Source: Syntrophomonas sp. UBA1368 (GTDB lineage Bacteria > Bacillota > Syntrophomonadia > Syntrophomonadales > Syntrophomonadaceae). Taken from it: a stretch of 64,000 nt of DNA. Within the stretch, counting starts at the first letter, position 1; each line of letters opens with the position of its first letter. The stretch covers positions 22,043 through 86,042 of the forward strand of contig DBRM01000032.1 of assembly GCA_002305965.1 (NCBI GenBank), given 5' to 3'. A program made the translations under genes and the position numbers. This document shows, in pieces, positions 38,535 through 49,304 of the stretch. The notes beneath the pieces were generated by a model. That model ran no database searches. It worked only from the letters and a program-made list of their open reading frames with translations, and was not told where the DNA came from.

Positions 38535-41234
38535 ATGATAAATCTTAAAATAAACGGTAAAGAAATACAGGTACCAAAGGGAACCATGCTGTTGGAAGCC
38601 TGCCGCCAAGCCGGGGCAGAACTGCCGACATTATGTTATGATGAAGATTTAAGATTGGCAGGATCCTGCCGCATGTGTCTGGTAGAAGCCAAGGGAAGAC
38701 CAACACTGGTAGCAGCATGTGTAATGCCGGCGGAAAACAATATGGATATACTCACTGAAAGCGAAGATGTAGTAGAAGCCAGGAAAGTTATCCTGGAGCT
38801 TTTAACCGCCCGGCACAAATTCGACTGTCATGTATGTGAAAAAGACGGTAACTGCAAACTGCAGGATTACTGCTACAAATATGGAGTCAAAGAATCAAGC
38901 TTTGCCGGAGAAGGCCCGCACTTTTACAAAGAAGATCCTAATCCATTCATCGAAAGAGATTATGACAAATGCATCATGTGTACCCGCTGTGTGCGCGCCT
39001 GTGAGGAAATCACCGGAGCCGATGCCATCAACCTTGAAGACCGTGGGCATCATGCTAAAATTTCCACTGCTTTTAACGGAATCCTGGCAGATTCCACCTG
39101 TGTATTCTGCGGACAATGCGTCATGGTATGTCCGGTTGGGGCATTGACCAGTAAAGTTTCAGCAGGCAAAGGCAAAGCTGCCCAGAATGAAAAGGTTCTT
39201 ACCACCTGTACTTACTGCGGCACCGGTTGTACTTTGGAGCTCAACGTCAATGAAGGCAAAGTGGTCGGGGTAACTTCCAATCGGGATAGAAAATACAGTC
39301 CGGTCAACAAAGGGGCCTTATGTGTAAAAGGAAGATTCGGCTGGGACTTCATTCATTCACCTGAACGTTTGACTACCCCCTTGATTCGTGAAAACGGAGA
39401 ACTTCGCCCAGCCAGTTGGGAGGAAGCGCTCAGCTACGCGGCGGACAAGCTAAAAGGGGTCAAAGAAAAATATGGACCTGATGCGTTAGCGATGTTTACC
39501 TCTGCTCGTGTTACCAACGAAGAGAATTATCTGGCGCAAAAATTCATGCGGGCGGCCATTGGTACCAATAATGTTGACCATTGTGCCCGTCTCTGACACT
39601 CCGTTACTGTCGCCGGTCTGGGGGCAGCATTTGGAAGTGGCGCAATGACTAACTCCATTAATGAGTTGGAAAACGATGCCAAGTGTATCTTTTTGATTGG
39701 AACCAATACAACAGAAAACCATCCGGTCATTGGTTATAAAATCAGGAAAAATGTCCGCAAAAATGGGGCAAAACTGATTGTTGCTGATCCGCGTAAAATT
39801 GAACTGGCTGAAATAGCTGATATTTATATGCGTTTCAAACCAGGAACCGATGTAGCGTTAGTGAACGGAATGATGAATGTCATCATCAATGAAGGCCTTC
39901 TGGCAGAAGAATTTATTAAAAACAGAACGGAAGGCTACGAACAGTTTGCAGAAACAGTCCAAAAATATCCGCCGGAAGTCGCGGCTGAAATAACCGGTGT
40001 ACCGGCGGAAGATATCATTAAAGCTGCACGCTTATATGCAGAATCTGAAGCTGCAGCAATTTGTTATGCCATGGGTGTTACCCAGCATAGTACAGGGACC
40101 GATAATGTCAAGACAATGTGTAATCTGGCATTACTAACCGGAAACCTTGGACGTCCGGGAACGGGAGTCAATCCGCTCAGAGGTCAGAATAATGTGCAGG
40201 GAGCCTGCGACATGGGTGGATTGCCCAATGTATATCCCGCTTATCAGCAGGTAAGCAATGAAGCCAATAAAGAGAAATTCGAAAAAGCCTGGGGTGTTCC
40301 TCTGTCAGGGAAAAACGGCTGGACATTAACCGAAGCGATCGGACATGCTCACCACGGAGAACTGAAAGCACTGTATGTATTGGGAGAAAACCCAATGATG
40401 AGTGACCCGGATATTAACCATGTGGAAGAAGCATTGAAGAATCTGGAATTCCTTTTAGTTCAGGATATATTTCTGACTGAAACTGCCCAATTGGCTGACG
40501 TAGTACTGCCGGGGGCAACTTTCGCCGAAAAAGAAGGAACCTTCAGCAATACTGAACGGCGTGTACAAAGAGTACGTAAGGCCATAGACCCGATAGGGGA
40601 TGCCCGGCCTGATTGGCAGATCATTTGTGAACTGTCGACTCGCTGCGGATACCCGATGGAATATGATTCTGCGGAAGCCATCTTTGAAGAAATCAGAACC
40701 GTAACACCATCCTATGCCGGAATCACGTATGAGAAGATCGATGCCACCGGCATACCCTGGCCATGCCCAACAGTTGAGCATCCGGGAACGCCTATCCTGC
40801 ATTCTGCTCAATTCAGCAGAGGTCTGGGATTGTTCCATGCCATCGACTTCAAAGAACCGGTAGAACTGCCCGATGAAGAATATCCTCTGATCCTTACCAC
40901 CGGCAGAAACTTGTTCCATTATCATACCGGAACAATGACCCGGCGTGCATCGGCCCTTGATGAGCATCGGCCCTATAATGAGGTCGAAGTCAATCCTGTG
41001 ACTGCTGCAAAATTGGGAATAGCAAACGGAGAATTGGTCAGGTTGAGTACCAGAAGAGGCAGCATTGAGCTTAAGGCACACATCAGTGAGATCGTAAATG
41101 AAAAGGTAGTGTTTATCACTTTCCATTACAAGGAAGCAGCTGCTAATGTGCTTACCAATGCAGATTCCCTGGATCCAACTGCCAAGATTCCTGAATATAA
41201 GGTATCGGCAGCAAAACTGGAGAAAATAGTGTAA
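38535..41234 (+). CDS. fdhA: Formate dehydrogenase catalytic subunit with an N-terminal NuoG-like FeS domain. Selenocysteine is encoded by in-frame TGA 39594-39596.
   Basis: Track ORFs 38535..39596 and 39645..41234 are in the same frame. The junction reads [30 protein letters not shown], matching the conserved Sec/Cys site of FdhF-type enzymes. 2Fe-2S and 4Fe-4S motifs lie upstream. Confidence 0.9.
39594..39640 (+). other. UGA(Sec) codon plus candidate bacterial SECIS hairpin
   Basis: CTGTCGCC-GGTCT-GGGGGCAG hairpin begins 10 nt after the TGA. The loop contains GGUC, as in E. coli fdhF. Confidence 0.6.
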
Positions 41235-41241
41235 TCTCAAT

Positions 41242-41279
41242 AAAAAAACAACCCCCTTAAAAAGGGGGTTGTTTTTTTA
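41242..41279. terminator. Bidirectional terminator between the convergent fdhA and fdhE
   Basis: A7-CAACCCCCT...AGGGGGTTG-T7. Confidence 0.88.
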
Positions 41280-41312
41280 TTATGCACACCGGAAGATCCC
41301 TGGGGTTATTTA

Positions 41313-42143
41313 TCACTCATCATGATTGGTATAGCCTTTTTCCTTGGCCAGTAGATCCAGGTAGATTGTTTCCATGTTGGCAATAAACAAATCAGTGATC
41401 TGTTTCTTTTGTCTTTCGTCGTAAGTTTTTAAATATCCAAGGCATTTGTCACATACATAAAGCTGATAGGCATCGTCATTTTCAACATTTAAATATTTTA
41501 TGGATGTGGGGTTATCGTTTCCGCAATGGACGCATTGCAAAAACGGTGATTCCCATTCGCTAAAACAACGGTCACAAAACATAAAGCGACGATCATCAGC
41601 TGATCTTATCCGGCTGAAATGAGATTTGCTGCCGCAAACCGGGCATATATTGGGAAAGCGCCAAAAGGGTGTATCATCTTTTACCAGCTCGTCTTGGTAT
41701 GGGGCTGCGTAAATACGCAAAAATGGTCTTAGAGCATGGTCAAAGACAAAAACCACTAATTCCGGAGTAAGATCAACTTGTTCGGCTAGTTTGGCAAAGA
41801 AATCATCTATCTCTAAAGCCGCCAGTTTAGATACGACTGGCTTGATATCCAGATCTCCTAATACCTGTTCCAGCTTTTCCATTCCAGTTGTAGTGTCCGG
41901 GCGGTTTGCTTTCATGAATCTTATAATACTAAGCAAAGCTGATTTATAATCATCTTCATTAATAGTAATGCCTTGCATTTTAATTAGAGGCCTGTTGCCT
42001 GAGGTTATTATTTTCTTTATGTCAAAGGTTTCAAATTGGTTGGTCTTGGCCAGTAATATTTGCTGCTCATTTTGCAGATTCTCCAGAGCAATGAAAAAAT
42101 CAATATATCCTTGAGGGAGATCGACCGGGGTTTGTCTTTTCAA
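41313..42143 (-). CDS. fdhE: Formate dehydrogenase accessory protein FdhE
   Basis: Four CxxC pairs (CPVCG, CDRC, CVHCG, CDKC) in FdhE spacing. TTG start. Confidence 0.82.
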   Translation of the reverse strand: MKRQTPVDLPQGYIDFFIALENLQNEQQILLAKTNQFETFDIKKIITSGNRPLIKMQGITINEDDYKSALLSIIRFMKANRPDTTTGMEKLEQVLGDLDIKPVVSKLAALEIDDFFAKLAEQVDLTPELVVFVFDHALRPFLRIYAAPYQDELVKDDTPFWRFPNICPVCGSKSHFSRIRSADDRRFMFCDRCFSEWESPFLQCVHCGNDNPTSIKYLNVENDDAYQLYVCDKCLGYLKTYDERQKKQITDLFIANMETIYLDLLAKEKGYTNHDE

Positions 42144-42210
42144 GCCATCACCTTCTTCTATTTATTCTAAAGCCAAATACCAGTATGGCAAACCCGAATG
42201 AGATTGTAAA

Positions 42211-42238
42211 GAAAAAATGGGGGAATATATTCCCCCAT
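42211..42238 (-). terminator. Hairpin plus U-run after the cytochrome b subunit gene
   Basis: The minus strand reads ATGGGGGAATATATTCCCCCAT followed by TTTTTTC. Confidence 0.7.
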
Positions 42239-42257
42239 TATATTGTGACGGGTCTCA

Positions 42258-42953
42258 TTATGCTTCTTTCTGCTCATCATCTTTCTGGCCGTAAGTTTCT
42301 TCATACCAGGTAGCATGATGGTGCTTTGCCCATTCTTCTCTTACGGTTCCTTTCCACATACCCCAGAAGGATTCGCCGGAACCGGGATGGAAGGAACCAA
42401 GGTAACCGTGCATACATACCATACAGGTTGCCAGGACCATAGCTATATCATGAGTTGGATAAGCAACGATAACCAACCATTTGGGGAAGATCGTCGGAAA
42501 CCACATGATATAACCACTTAAGACTAACAGTATAACCATTGTGGGTGTTACGATGGAATTACCTTTTTCACCGCCATTGAATTTAGTCTGCGGCGGGATA
42601 TTAACATGAAAACCTAAAAATTCCAAGGGGAACTTTAATAAAAAGCCGATATCGTTCATACCAAAACGCAGAATGTCCTTGATCCAATTGATCAGTACCT
42701 TGAAATTGAATAGTACAAAGATACCTATTACGATGGTCATCAATACTGCTGAAATCCGGTGAATAATTCCTGCACCGATATATCCGCCAAATACAGCTGC
42801 CAGCCAGTCTACTCCATCAAAAAACAGGACTAAACCAGTAAAGAGGCAGAGTAAAAATGTTACCGTATGTCCCCAGTGAGTGAAACGGGATACAAAATTA
42901 AAGCGTTCAACGCGGGGAACATCAGCTTTATACTCAGGAACCAATTGCATCAT
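42258..42953 (-). CDS. Formate dehydrogenase cytochrome b (gamma) subunit, FdnI-like
   Basis: 231 aa, multi-TM, with conserved His residues. Overlaps the beta subunit stop. Confidence 0.8.
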   Translation of the reverse strand: MMQLVPEYKADVPRVERFNFVSRFTHWGHTVTFLLCLFTGLVLFFDGVDWLAAVFGGYIGAGIIHRISAVLMTIVIGIFVLFNFKVLINWIKDILRFGMNDIGFLLKFPLEFLGFHVNIPPQTKFNGGEKGNSIVTPTMVILLVLSGYIMWFPTIFPKWLVIVAYPTHDIAMVLATCMVCMHGYLGSFHPGSGESFWGMWKGTVREEWAKHHHATWYEETYGQKDDEQKEA

Positions 42954-43752
42954 TCACGACCTCCTTCCCTTCCTCGTGTCCTTTATTTTTGTTGGCGATA
43001 AGCCTGGTAGTAACAAAACTGGTGCCCGAAGCCAGTAAGAACAAGGGGATCAGCCAACTGGCATATGGCTGTACATAATTTTGCCAGAAGGTAACATTTG
43101 GAACTTTGGGATCTACTGGCAGACCAAACTTATCTGGGGTATCAGTTAAAACATAGAGTTTATTGAGTCCGCCTAATTCCAGTTTTCCATAAATTGTAGC
43201 ATTAGGAAAACCATTGGCCTGCAAAAATTTGGCCCGATCTTCGGCGATCTGCAAGAGTTCGTCGCGATCACCAAATATCAGAGCATCCGTCGGGCAGGTT
43301 CTGGCACAGGCGGGTTCCAGCCCTTCCTCCACCCGACCGGCACAAAGGGTACACTTGGTAATTTTGTCTACCCGTTTCAGGTATTTGGGAATGTCAAACG
43401 GGCATGCTGTTGCACAATACTGACAGCCTATACACTTATCAGGATCATGAATGGTTGCGCCCCATTCTGTTTTGGTATATGCTCCCTTGGGGCATACTTT
43501 CATACAGTTGGCATCAAAACAATGCATACACTGGCGTTTGATAAAGTTCCAACTTACACCATGAACCGGATCTTCTTCTTCAAAATACTTGATAATGGTA
43601 TAAGTATCACCATCTGTATCTTCATGCGTCTGATAGTTGCCTTTAAATGGTTTTATAGAAGCCGGAAGTTGATTCCAATCTTTGCAGGCTACTTGGCAAC
43701 CACGGCAGGCTGTACATTTGCTGACATCGTAAAGATTTGTTAAATTTGCCAT
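42934..43752 (-). CDS. Formate dehydrogenase iron-sulfur (beta) subunit, FdnH-like, with a C-terminal TM anchor
   Basis: Four 4Fe-4S cysteine clusters (CTACRGCQVAC, CMHCFDANCMKVCP, CIGCQYCATACP, CTLC...CARTCP). Hydrophobic tail. ATG 43752 follows AAGGAGGG. Confidence 0.9.
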   Translation of the reverse strand: MANLTNLYDVSKCTACRGCQVACKDWNQLPASIKPFKGNYQTHEDTDGDTYTIIKYFEEEDPVHGVSWNFIKRQCMHCFDANCMKVCPKGAYTKTEWGATIHDPDKCIGCQYCATACPFDIPKYLKRVDKITKCTLCAGRVEEGLEPACARTCPTDALIFGDRDELLQIAEDRAKFLQANGFPNATIYGKLELGGLNKLYVLTDTPDKFGLPVDPKVPNVTFWQNYVQPYASWLIPLFLLASGTSFVTTRLIANKNKGHEEGKEVVNDAIGS

Positions 43753-43754
43753 TG

Positions 43755-46700
43755 TTAAGCCCTCCTTATGTCGCATAGCCATGCTTTATATTCCGGAATA
43801 GTGGTATTGGCATCACCAATATGAGGTGTAAGCCAATTGGCTGTGTCTCCGGTGGCATAACCTTTAAAGCCAAATTGCCATAACATGCCTATCTGATGAA
43901 CTTTTTTCCCGTTTATAGTGAAGGGTTTAAGGCGCTTGGTTACACAGGCAATTGCTTTTAAATCACCACGGGTTGTGGAAACAATTACTTCACGACCGTT
44001 TTTAATTCCTTTTTCTTTAGCCAGCTCTTCACTTAGTTCTACAAACATATCGGGTACCAGTTCGGCCAGCCAGGGCAGGTTACGGGTCAAGGCTCCGGTC
44101 TGCCAATGTTCTGATACACGATACGTGGTGCCAATGATCGGGTACTTATCAACCGTCCCCTGCTTTTCCGGTTCAAATATTTTGGTGGCGGGATTCAGGT
44201 CACGACTGTTCATCTTATTGGTGGTCGGGCTTTCCCATGGCTCATAATGCTCTGGGAAAGGTCCGTCTTTCATTGCACTGGTTGGAGCAAATAAGCGTCC
44301 GTAGCCATCAGGCTGCATGATAAAGGGTTTAGTGAAATTAGGATTATCCGGAGCAGTTGTTCCAACAAAGTCAGGTACATCCACTCCTACCCATTTGTTT
44401 TGAGCGGCATCCCAATTCACCAGTTTGCGGGCCTCATCTCCCGGCCAAGGGGTCACACCATCAGGCTGGACAGAGCAACGATTGTATATGATCCTGCGGT
44501 TTACCGGCCAGGCCCATCCCCAATCAGGGAAAATGCCCAAGCCACTAGGATCTTCTTTTATGCGTTTTTGTGGTTTATAGAACCATTGACCATCCTTTAA
44601 GGTTGCACCTCCGCAGTAAATCCAGTTACCACATGCGGTACTGCCGTCATCCATAAGCTTGGCAAAACCTTCGACCGGGTTGCCATCAACCAGGCTGTAA
44701 CCGCATAACTCTCTAGCCACTTTGTAAATATCGTCATGGCCGTGCCCATCATCATAATCCCAGGTCATGTTGACAACGGGTTCGTCTTCAGGTCGAGTAC
44801 TGCCTTCATAGAGTTTTTTGAGTCTTTTACCCAGTTCATAATAAATCCATAAATCTGCCTTGGACTCTCCAACCGGATCTGCACCCTTCCAGCGATATTG
44901 GACCAAACGACCGGTTTGAGCAGCAGTCCCTTCTTTTTCGTATACCGCTGCCGCAGGCAGGAAAAACACCTCAGTTTGAATGTTTTCCGGAGTTATTTTT
45001 GGCACGGCGGAATTATGAACGGATCTTGTCCAGGCTTTGTACGTCCAGAAGTCAGCAGTTTCGTTCAGCCACAAATCGATGGAAACCAGCCATTTCAATT
45101 TGGTCATGGCTTCTTGTTCCTTATTGGCATTTGGACCACCGACAACAGGATTGGAGCCATTTACAACCAGACCATCTATTTCGCCTTTGTACATGGCTTC
45201 AAATAATGCGATATGGGAATAGTTCTTCTTGTCATCCCGTTTGGGCAGATAATGATAAGCAAAATCATTACTTTCAGTTGCAGCATCTCCATACCAGGCT
45301 TTGAGCATACTTACGATCCATTTGGAACTATTGATCTTCCAGCCTGAATTGGGGAAACCTGCTTTTACCAGTTCACGGAATTCAGCCAGATTGGAAAACT
45401 GCAGTTTGGCGGATCCGGGAGTTACGCTTCTGATATAATCAATCAATTTCTTATTGCTGGGAGCATTCGAGGGAGAATTAATGTAGCCCGGGATCAAGTG
45501 ATATAGCAACGCCATATCCGTAGCACCCTGAACGTTGTTTTCACCACGCAGTGCATTGATACCGCCGCCCGGTCTGCCCATATTGCCCAGCAGCATCTGT
45601 ACGATTGAGAAAGCACGTACATTCTGACTGCCTACCGTGTGCTGGGTGATTCCCATGGCATACATAATAGTACCGGTCTTGTCTGGAGCGCCGGTTGCGC
45701 AGAAGGTTTTCAATACTTCCAGGTATTTATTCTTGGGTGTACCAGTTATCTCACAAACTGTATCGATATCATAACGCTCATAGTGCTTTTTCAACAATTG
45801 GAATACGCAGCGCGGATGCTGCAAGGTTGGATCTGTCAGTGCCATTCCTGCTTCATCCGTTTGATAGTCCCAACTGCTGACATCATATTTGCGGTTTTCC
45901 TCATCATATCCAGAGAATAAGCCGTCTTCAAAAGAATAATCATCTTTGATCAAACAAGCTGCATTGGTGTAATTAACAACGTAGTCCTTATGATACAATT
46001 CGTTGTCAATAATGTACTTGATCATGCCGCCCAGGAATGCAATATCAGTTCCTGAACGTAAAGGCGCATAAATATCAGCACGGGCTGAAGTTCTGGTAAA
46101 GCGCGGATCCACATGAATAAGTTTGGCGCCGCGAGTATCTCTTGCTTTCAGCAGCCATCTCATTGTTACCGGATGATTTTCTGCGCAGTTGCTGCCCATG
46201 ATCAGTGCACAATCTGTATTTTTGAGGTCGTTAACTGAATTAGTCATTGCACCCCGCCCAAATGATGGTCCCAAACCTGCGACCGTAGCGGAGTGTCAGA
46301 TACGGGCCTGGGTTTCAAGATATACAACACCCAGGGAACGCATCATTTTACTTAACAGATAACATTCTTCGTTATCAAGTCCTGAACCGCCCACCGAAGC
46401 AATTTTTTCCGTCCGGTTAACGATTATTTCGCTGCCATCATCGATTTTTTCTTTGTGGATAAAGCTGCTGTCTCTGGTTTCTTTTATTTTTTCAGCAATC
46501 CTATCCAACATCCAATCCCAATCTTTTTCTTCCCATTTGGTAGAACCTGGGGCCCTGTATAAAGGTTTTTGCACTCTCTTTGGGTTGATCATTTGTTCGC
46601 CAGTTTCCGGGTCGTAGATTTCCCGGAGATTAAACATGGCTGAACCTTTACTGCAAGCCCCCCCCATATTGATTGGATTATCAGGGTCACCATGTACACT

Positions 46701-46925
46701 CAGGAGTTTGACAAACTTTCCTTCGCTGTCACGTTCTGCATAAACAACCAGACCACAGCCGGATGCGCAATAAGGGCAAATTGTCGGCGTTGGCGTAACA
46801 TTTTTGATTCTCAGTTGTTTAACTGCAGATGCCGTAGCCTCAAAGTTGAAACCGAGTTCAGCAGCTGAAAATACAGCAGCAGTCGCCCCGCTCAATTTGA
46901 GAAATTGCCTACGGGTTACTCTCAT
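43755..46925 (-). CDS. Tat-exported formate dehydrogenase catalytic subunit (FdnG-like). Selenocysteine is encoded by in-frame TGA (46296-46298 in plus-strand coordinates).
   Basis: Track ORFs 46296..46925 and 43755..46274 are in the same frame. The junction reads ETQARI-U-HSATVAGLGPSFGRGAMTNS. The N-terminus has the twin-arginine motif TRRQFLK, and CPYCASGCG is the 4Fe-4S site. Confidence 0.9.
46255..46298 (-). other. UGA(Sec) codon plus candidate SECIS hairpin
   Basis: On the minus strand, GGTCGC-AGGTTT-GGGACC begins 11 nt after the TGA. Confidence 0.55.
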
Positions 46926-47225
46926 AAACTCACACTCTCCTTCCCCACTTACTTTAGTTAAAGTATGACTTTCCCCTTGTCCCGATTATAGCTTAAATAA
47001 GGAAACAAATTCACCTCCCCCAAATTAGCAAACCTATAGCCGGTTGTCCTATTAAAAAGTTCTATACACGACCTTTACAATATATTTACCGGAGTTTGAT
47101 GAATGCTTGGATTCATTCCAAACCTTACGATAGTCAATCATATTTAAATTCGACATAAGCAAAAAGAATCCTTGCCAGTATAGAAGATACAATAGTTATA
47201 TAAAGAAAAATTAAAAATGCTATAA

Positions 47226-49145
47226 CTAAATATTATTTGACGTGATGATCTGCCCGGTTGAGTCAAGGTTATAACCCCCGATAGCCATTATTCGGTCTTT
47301 GAATTCATCACTTAAGATTGCTGTATATAGACGTTCCAGGTTTACAGTACTAAATAATTGCGGAAGGATACAAAGGTCATACTGTTCCCGGGTGATCGGT
47401 ATAAAATCAAGATTCAAAGCCCTGGCGCTGGAATAGATTCCTAACCCGGTATCGGAAGCACCGTTTTTAATCGAAGCTGCTACTGCCAGGTGAGTGTATT
47501 CCTCACGGTTATAACCGTTGATCTCCTGGGGCCTGATATCTTCTTTCTCTAAAAGATAGTCAAGCAGGATCCTGGTCCCGGACCCGTTTTGCCTATTGAT
47601 ATATCTTATCTGAGGATTTTTGAGATCTTTTAAGGAAGAGATATTTAAAGGGTTGTTTTTTTGAATGATCAACCCCTGATCACGTTTGACCAGATTGATT
47701 AAAAGCCAGTTATCACCGGATAAATATTTTTGGACATAACTCACGTTGTAACCGCCGGTTTCATAATCCAATAAATGAAGACCTGCAAAGTGAGTTTCTT
47801 TACGGCGCAGAGAAAAGATGCCGCCCATACTGCCGGCATTGATCGATATAAGTCTTAATCCGTACCGCTTTTGTAAAATATCTGCCAGGATATCAATGGA
47901 AAGATCATGACTGCCAATGGTAATTATGGATTCATCAATTACATTCAGGGGCTGCCGTAAGGTGACAATGCAATTGTCCCCGGCTTGCAGACCTTCCATT
48001 CCGCGCTTGATACATAATACTCCGTCTGATTTTACCAGACTGGTGGTTATTCCGGCACCTTTCACCAAAGGGAAACAATGGTAGCGTTCAGCAATCTTTA
48101 CAATACTGACATTGATAAAATCATCCACACCCATAGGAGAAGGCATTTTGCGTGCTGCATTACATTCCAGTTCCGGCATAGGAGGAGGGAGCAATCCCTG
48201 CATTTTATATATCAAAGGCTTTGCAAAAAGGCCAAAAATCAAATCGGCTGAGACTGGATATCCGGGAACTCCGATGAAAGGCTTTTGCTCAATTAGGCCT
48301 AAAATTGCTGGTTTACCGGGGCGAACCGCCAGCCCATGAACGATCAATTCCCCCATTTCTTCCAGCAGGGAAGCAGTATAATCTTCCCGTCCGGCAGAAG
48401 AACCGGAACATACAATGATTATGTCTGCCTGGGGGGTCATTTCTTCAATGGCCCTTCGGATTTGTTCCCTATCATCAATAACGATTTCATGACGCAGGGC
48501 AACGGCGCCCCATTCTTCACACAATGCTTTGAGCATGTGACTGTTTGATTCCACGATTAATCCGGGTGCCATTTCTTCACTTCCCCGGTCGACAAGTTCG
48601 GTACCGGTAGGGATTATACCGACGATCGGCTTTTTTATTGCATTAAGAGTATTTACCCCGGCTGTAATCAGTGAGGCCACTTCGTAAGGTCCTATGCGGG
48701 TGAAACTTGGAATCAGCATATCATAGGTAACGATATCTTCACCAACTGAACGTATATGCTGCCACGGGACAGCGGCTTTTATGATTTGCGCGGTTTCATT
48801 GATAAAATTAACCTCTTCGATCATGATCACTGCATCAAACTGAGCCGGGATATAATCACCGGTATCCACTTCAAAAAAGTCATCAGCCTTTAGGGTGACA
48901 GGGTTAACTTCGGTTGCTCCTGCAGTTGAGGAAGCTTTCACAGCGATTCCATCCATTGCGGAAGAAATGTAATGGGGCGATGAACGACGGGCGTATACAG
49001 GTGAAGCAGTAATCCGGCCTAAACTGTTTGATACCGTAATTTCTTCTGCTTTGATATGATAGCAGTCTGCTTCTTCAAGTCGCTGCTCGAATAGTGCAGT
49101 TGCTTTTTCCAATGGCATATTTTCTATGTATATTTTTCGTTTCAT
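47226..49145 (-). CDS. MoeA (molybdopterin molybdenum/tungsten transferase) fused to a C-terminal periplasmic-binding-protein-like (COG1910-type) domain
   Basis: 639 aa. The N-terminal ~400 aa is MoeA-like (SAMDGIAV, GVPGYPVS). The C-terminal ~230 aa is PBP-like (NRQNGSGTR). Confidence 0.85.
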   Translation of the reverse strand: MKRKIYIENMPLEKATALFEQRLEEADCYHIKAEEITVSNSLGRITASPVYARRSSPHYISSAMDGIAVKASSTAGATEVNPVTLKADDFFEVDTGDYIPAQFDAVIMIEEVNFINETAQIIKAAVPWQHIRSVGEDIVTYDMLIPSFTRIGPYEVASLITAGVNTLNAIKKPIVGIIPTGTELVDRGSEEMAPGLIVESNSHMLKALCEEWGAVALRHEIVIDDREQIRRAIEEMTPQADIIIVCSGSSAGREDYTASLLEEMGELIVHGLAVRPGKPAILGLIEQKPFIGVPGYPVSADLIFGLFAKPLIYKMQGLLPPPMPELECNAARKMPSPMGVDDFINVSIVKIAERYHCFPLVKGAGITTSLVKSDGVLCIKRGMEGLQAGDNCIVTLRQPLNVIDESIITIGSHDLSIDILADILQKRYGLRLISINAGSMGGIFSLRRKETHFAGLHLLDYETGGYNVSYVQKYLSGDNWLLINLVKRDQGLIIQKNNPLNISSLKDLKNPQIRYINRQNGSGTRILLDYLLEKEDIRPQEINGYNREEYTHLAVAASIKNGASDTGLGIYSSARALNLDFIPITREQYDLCILPQLFSTVNLERLYTAILSDEFKDRIMAIGGYNLDSTGQIITSNNI

Positions 49146-49304
49146 TATATAATCTCCAGATAAAATAAATTTCTTCTTATTTTAACCTAAACCATGCTAT
49201 TTCAAAAACAGTAGTTTGTAAATCGCAAAATATCAGCTTGTTTATTTTGCATTAGTTTGAGCTTGAAGTATAATTTATGAAAAATGAACAAAGGAATCAT
49301 AATC

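Noticed and set aside
39645-41234. Track ORFs 38535..39596 and 39645..41234, and likewise 46296..46925 and 43755..46274, treated as separate genes
   Set aside because: In each case the two pieces are in the same frame. They are separated only by a TGA located exactly at the conserved Sec/Cys active-site position of formate dehydrogenases, followed by a hairpin. I read each as a single selenoprotein CDS.
40455-41240. 261-aa ORF antisense to fdhA, and similar long antisense ORFs (8878..9414, 12699..13127, 14574..15011, 22162..22662, 32079..32606, 50580..51065, 55393..55863)
   Set aside because: Each lies entirely inside a confidently identified gene on the other strand. They have low-complexity or odd composition (Ser/Cys/Phe-rich), no RBS and no recognisable motifs. 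They are shadow ORFs.
46926-47225. A possible second Moco riboswitch upstream of the Tat-FDH operon
   Set aside because: Reading the minus strand, I found only isolated fragments (GGGGAAAG, CTCCGG). There is no P1-enclosed arrangement of the conserved blocks, so the evidence is insufficient.
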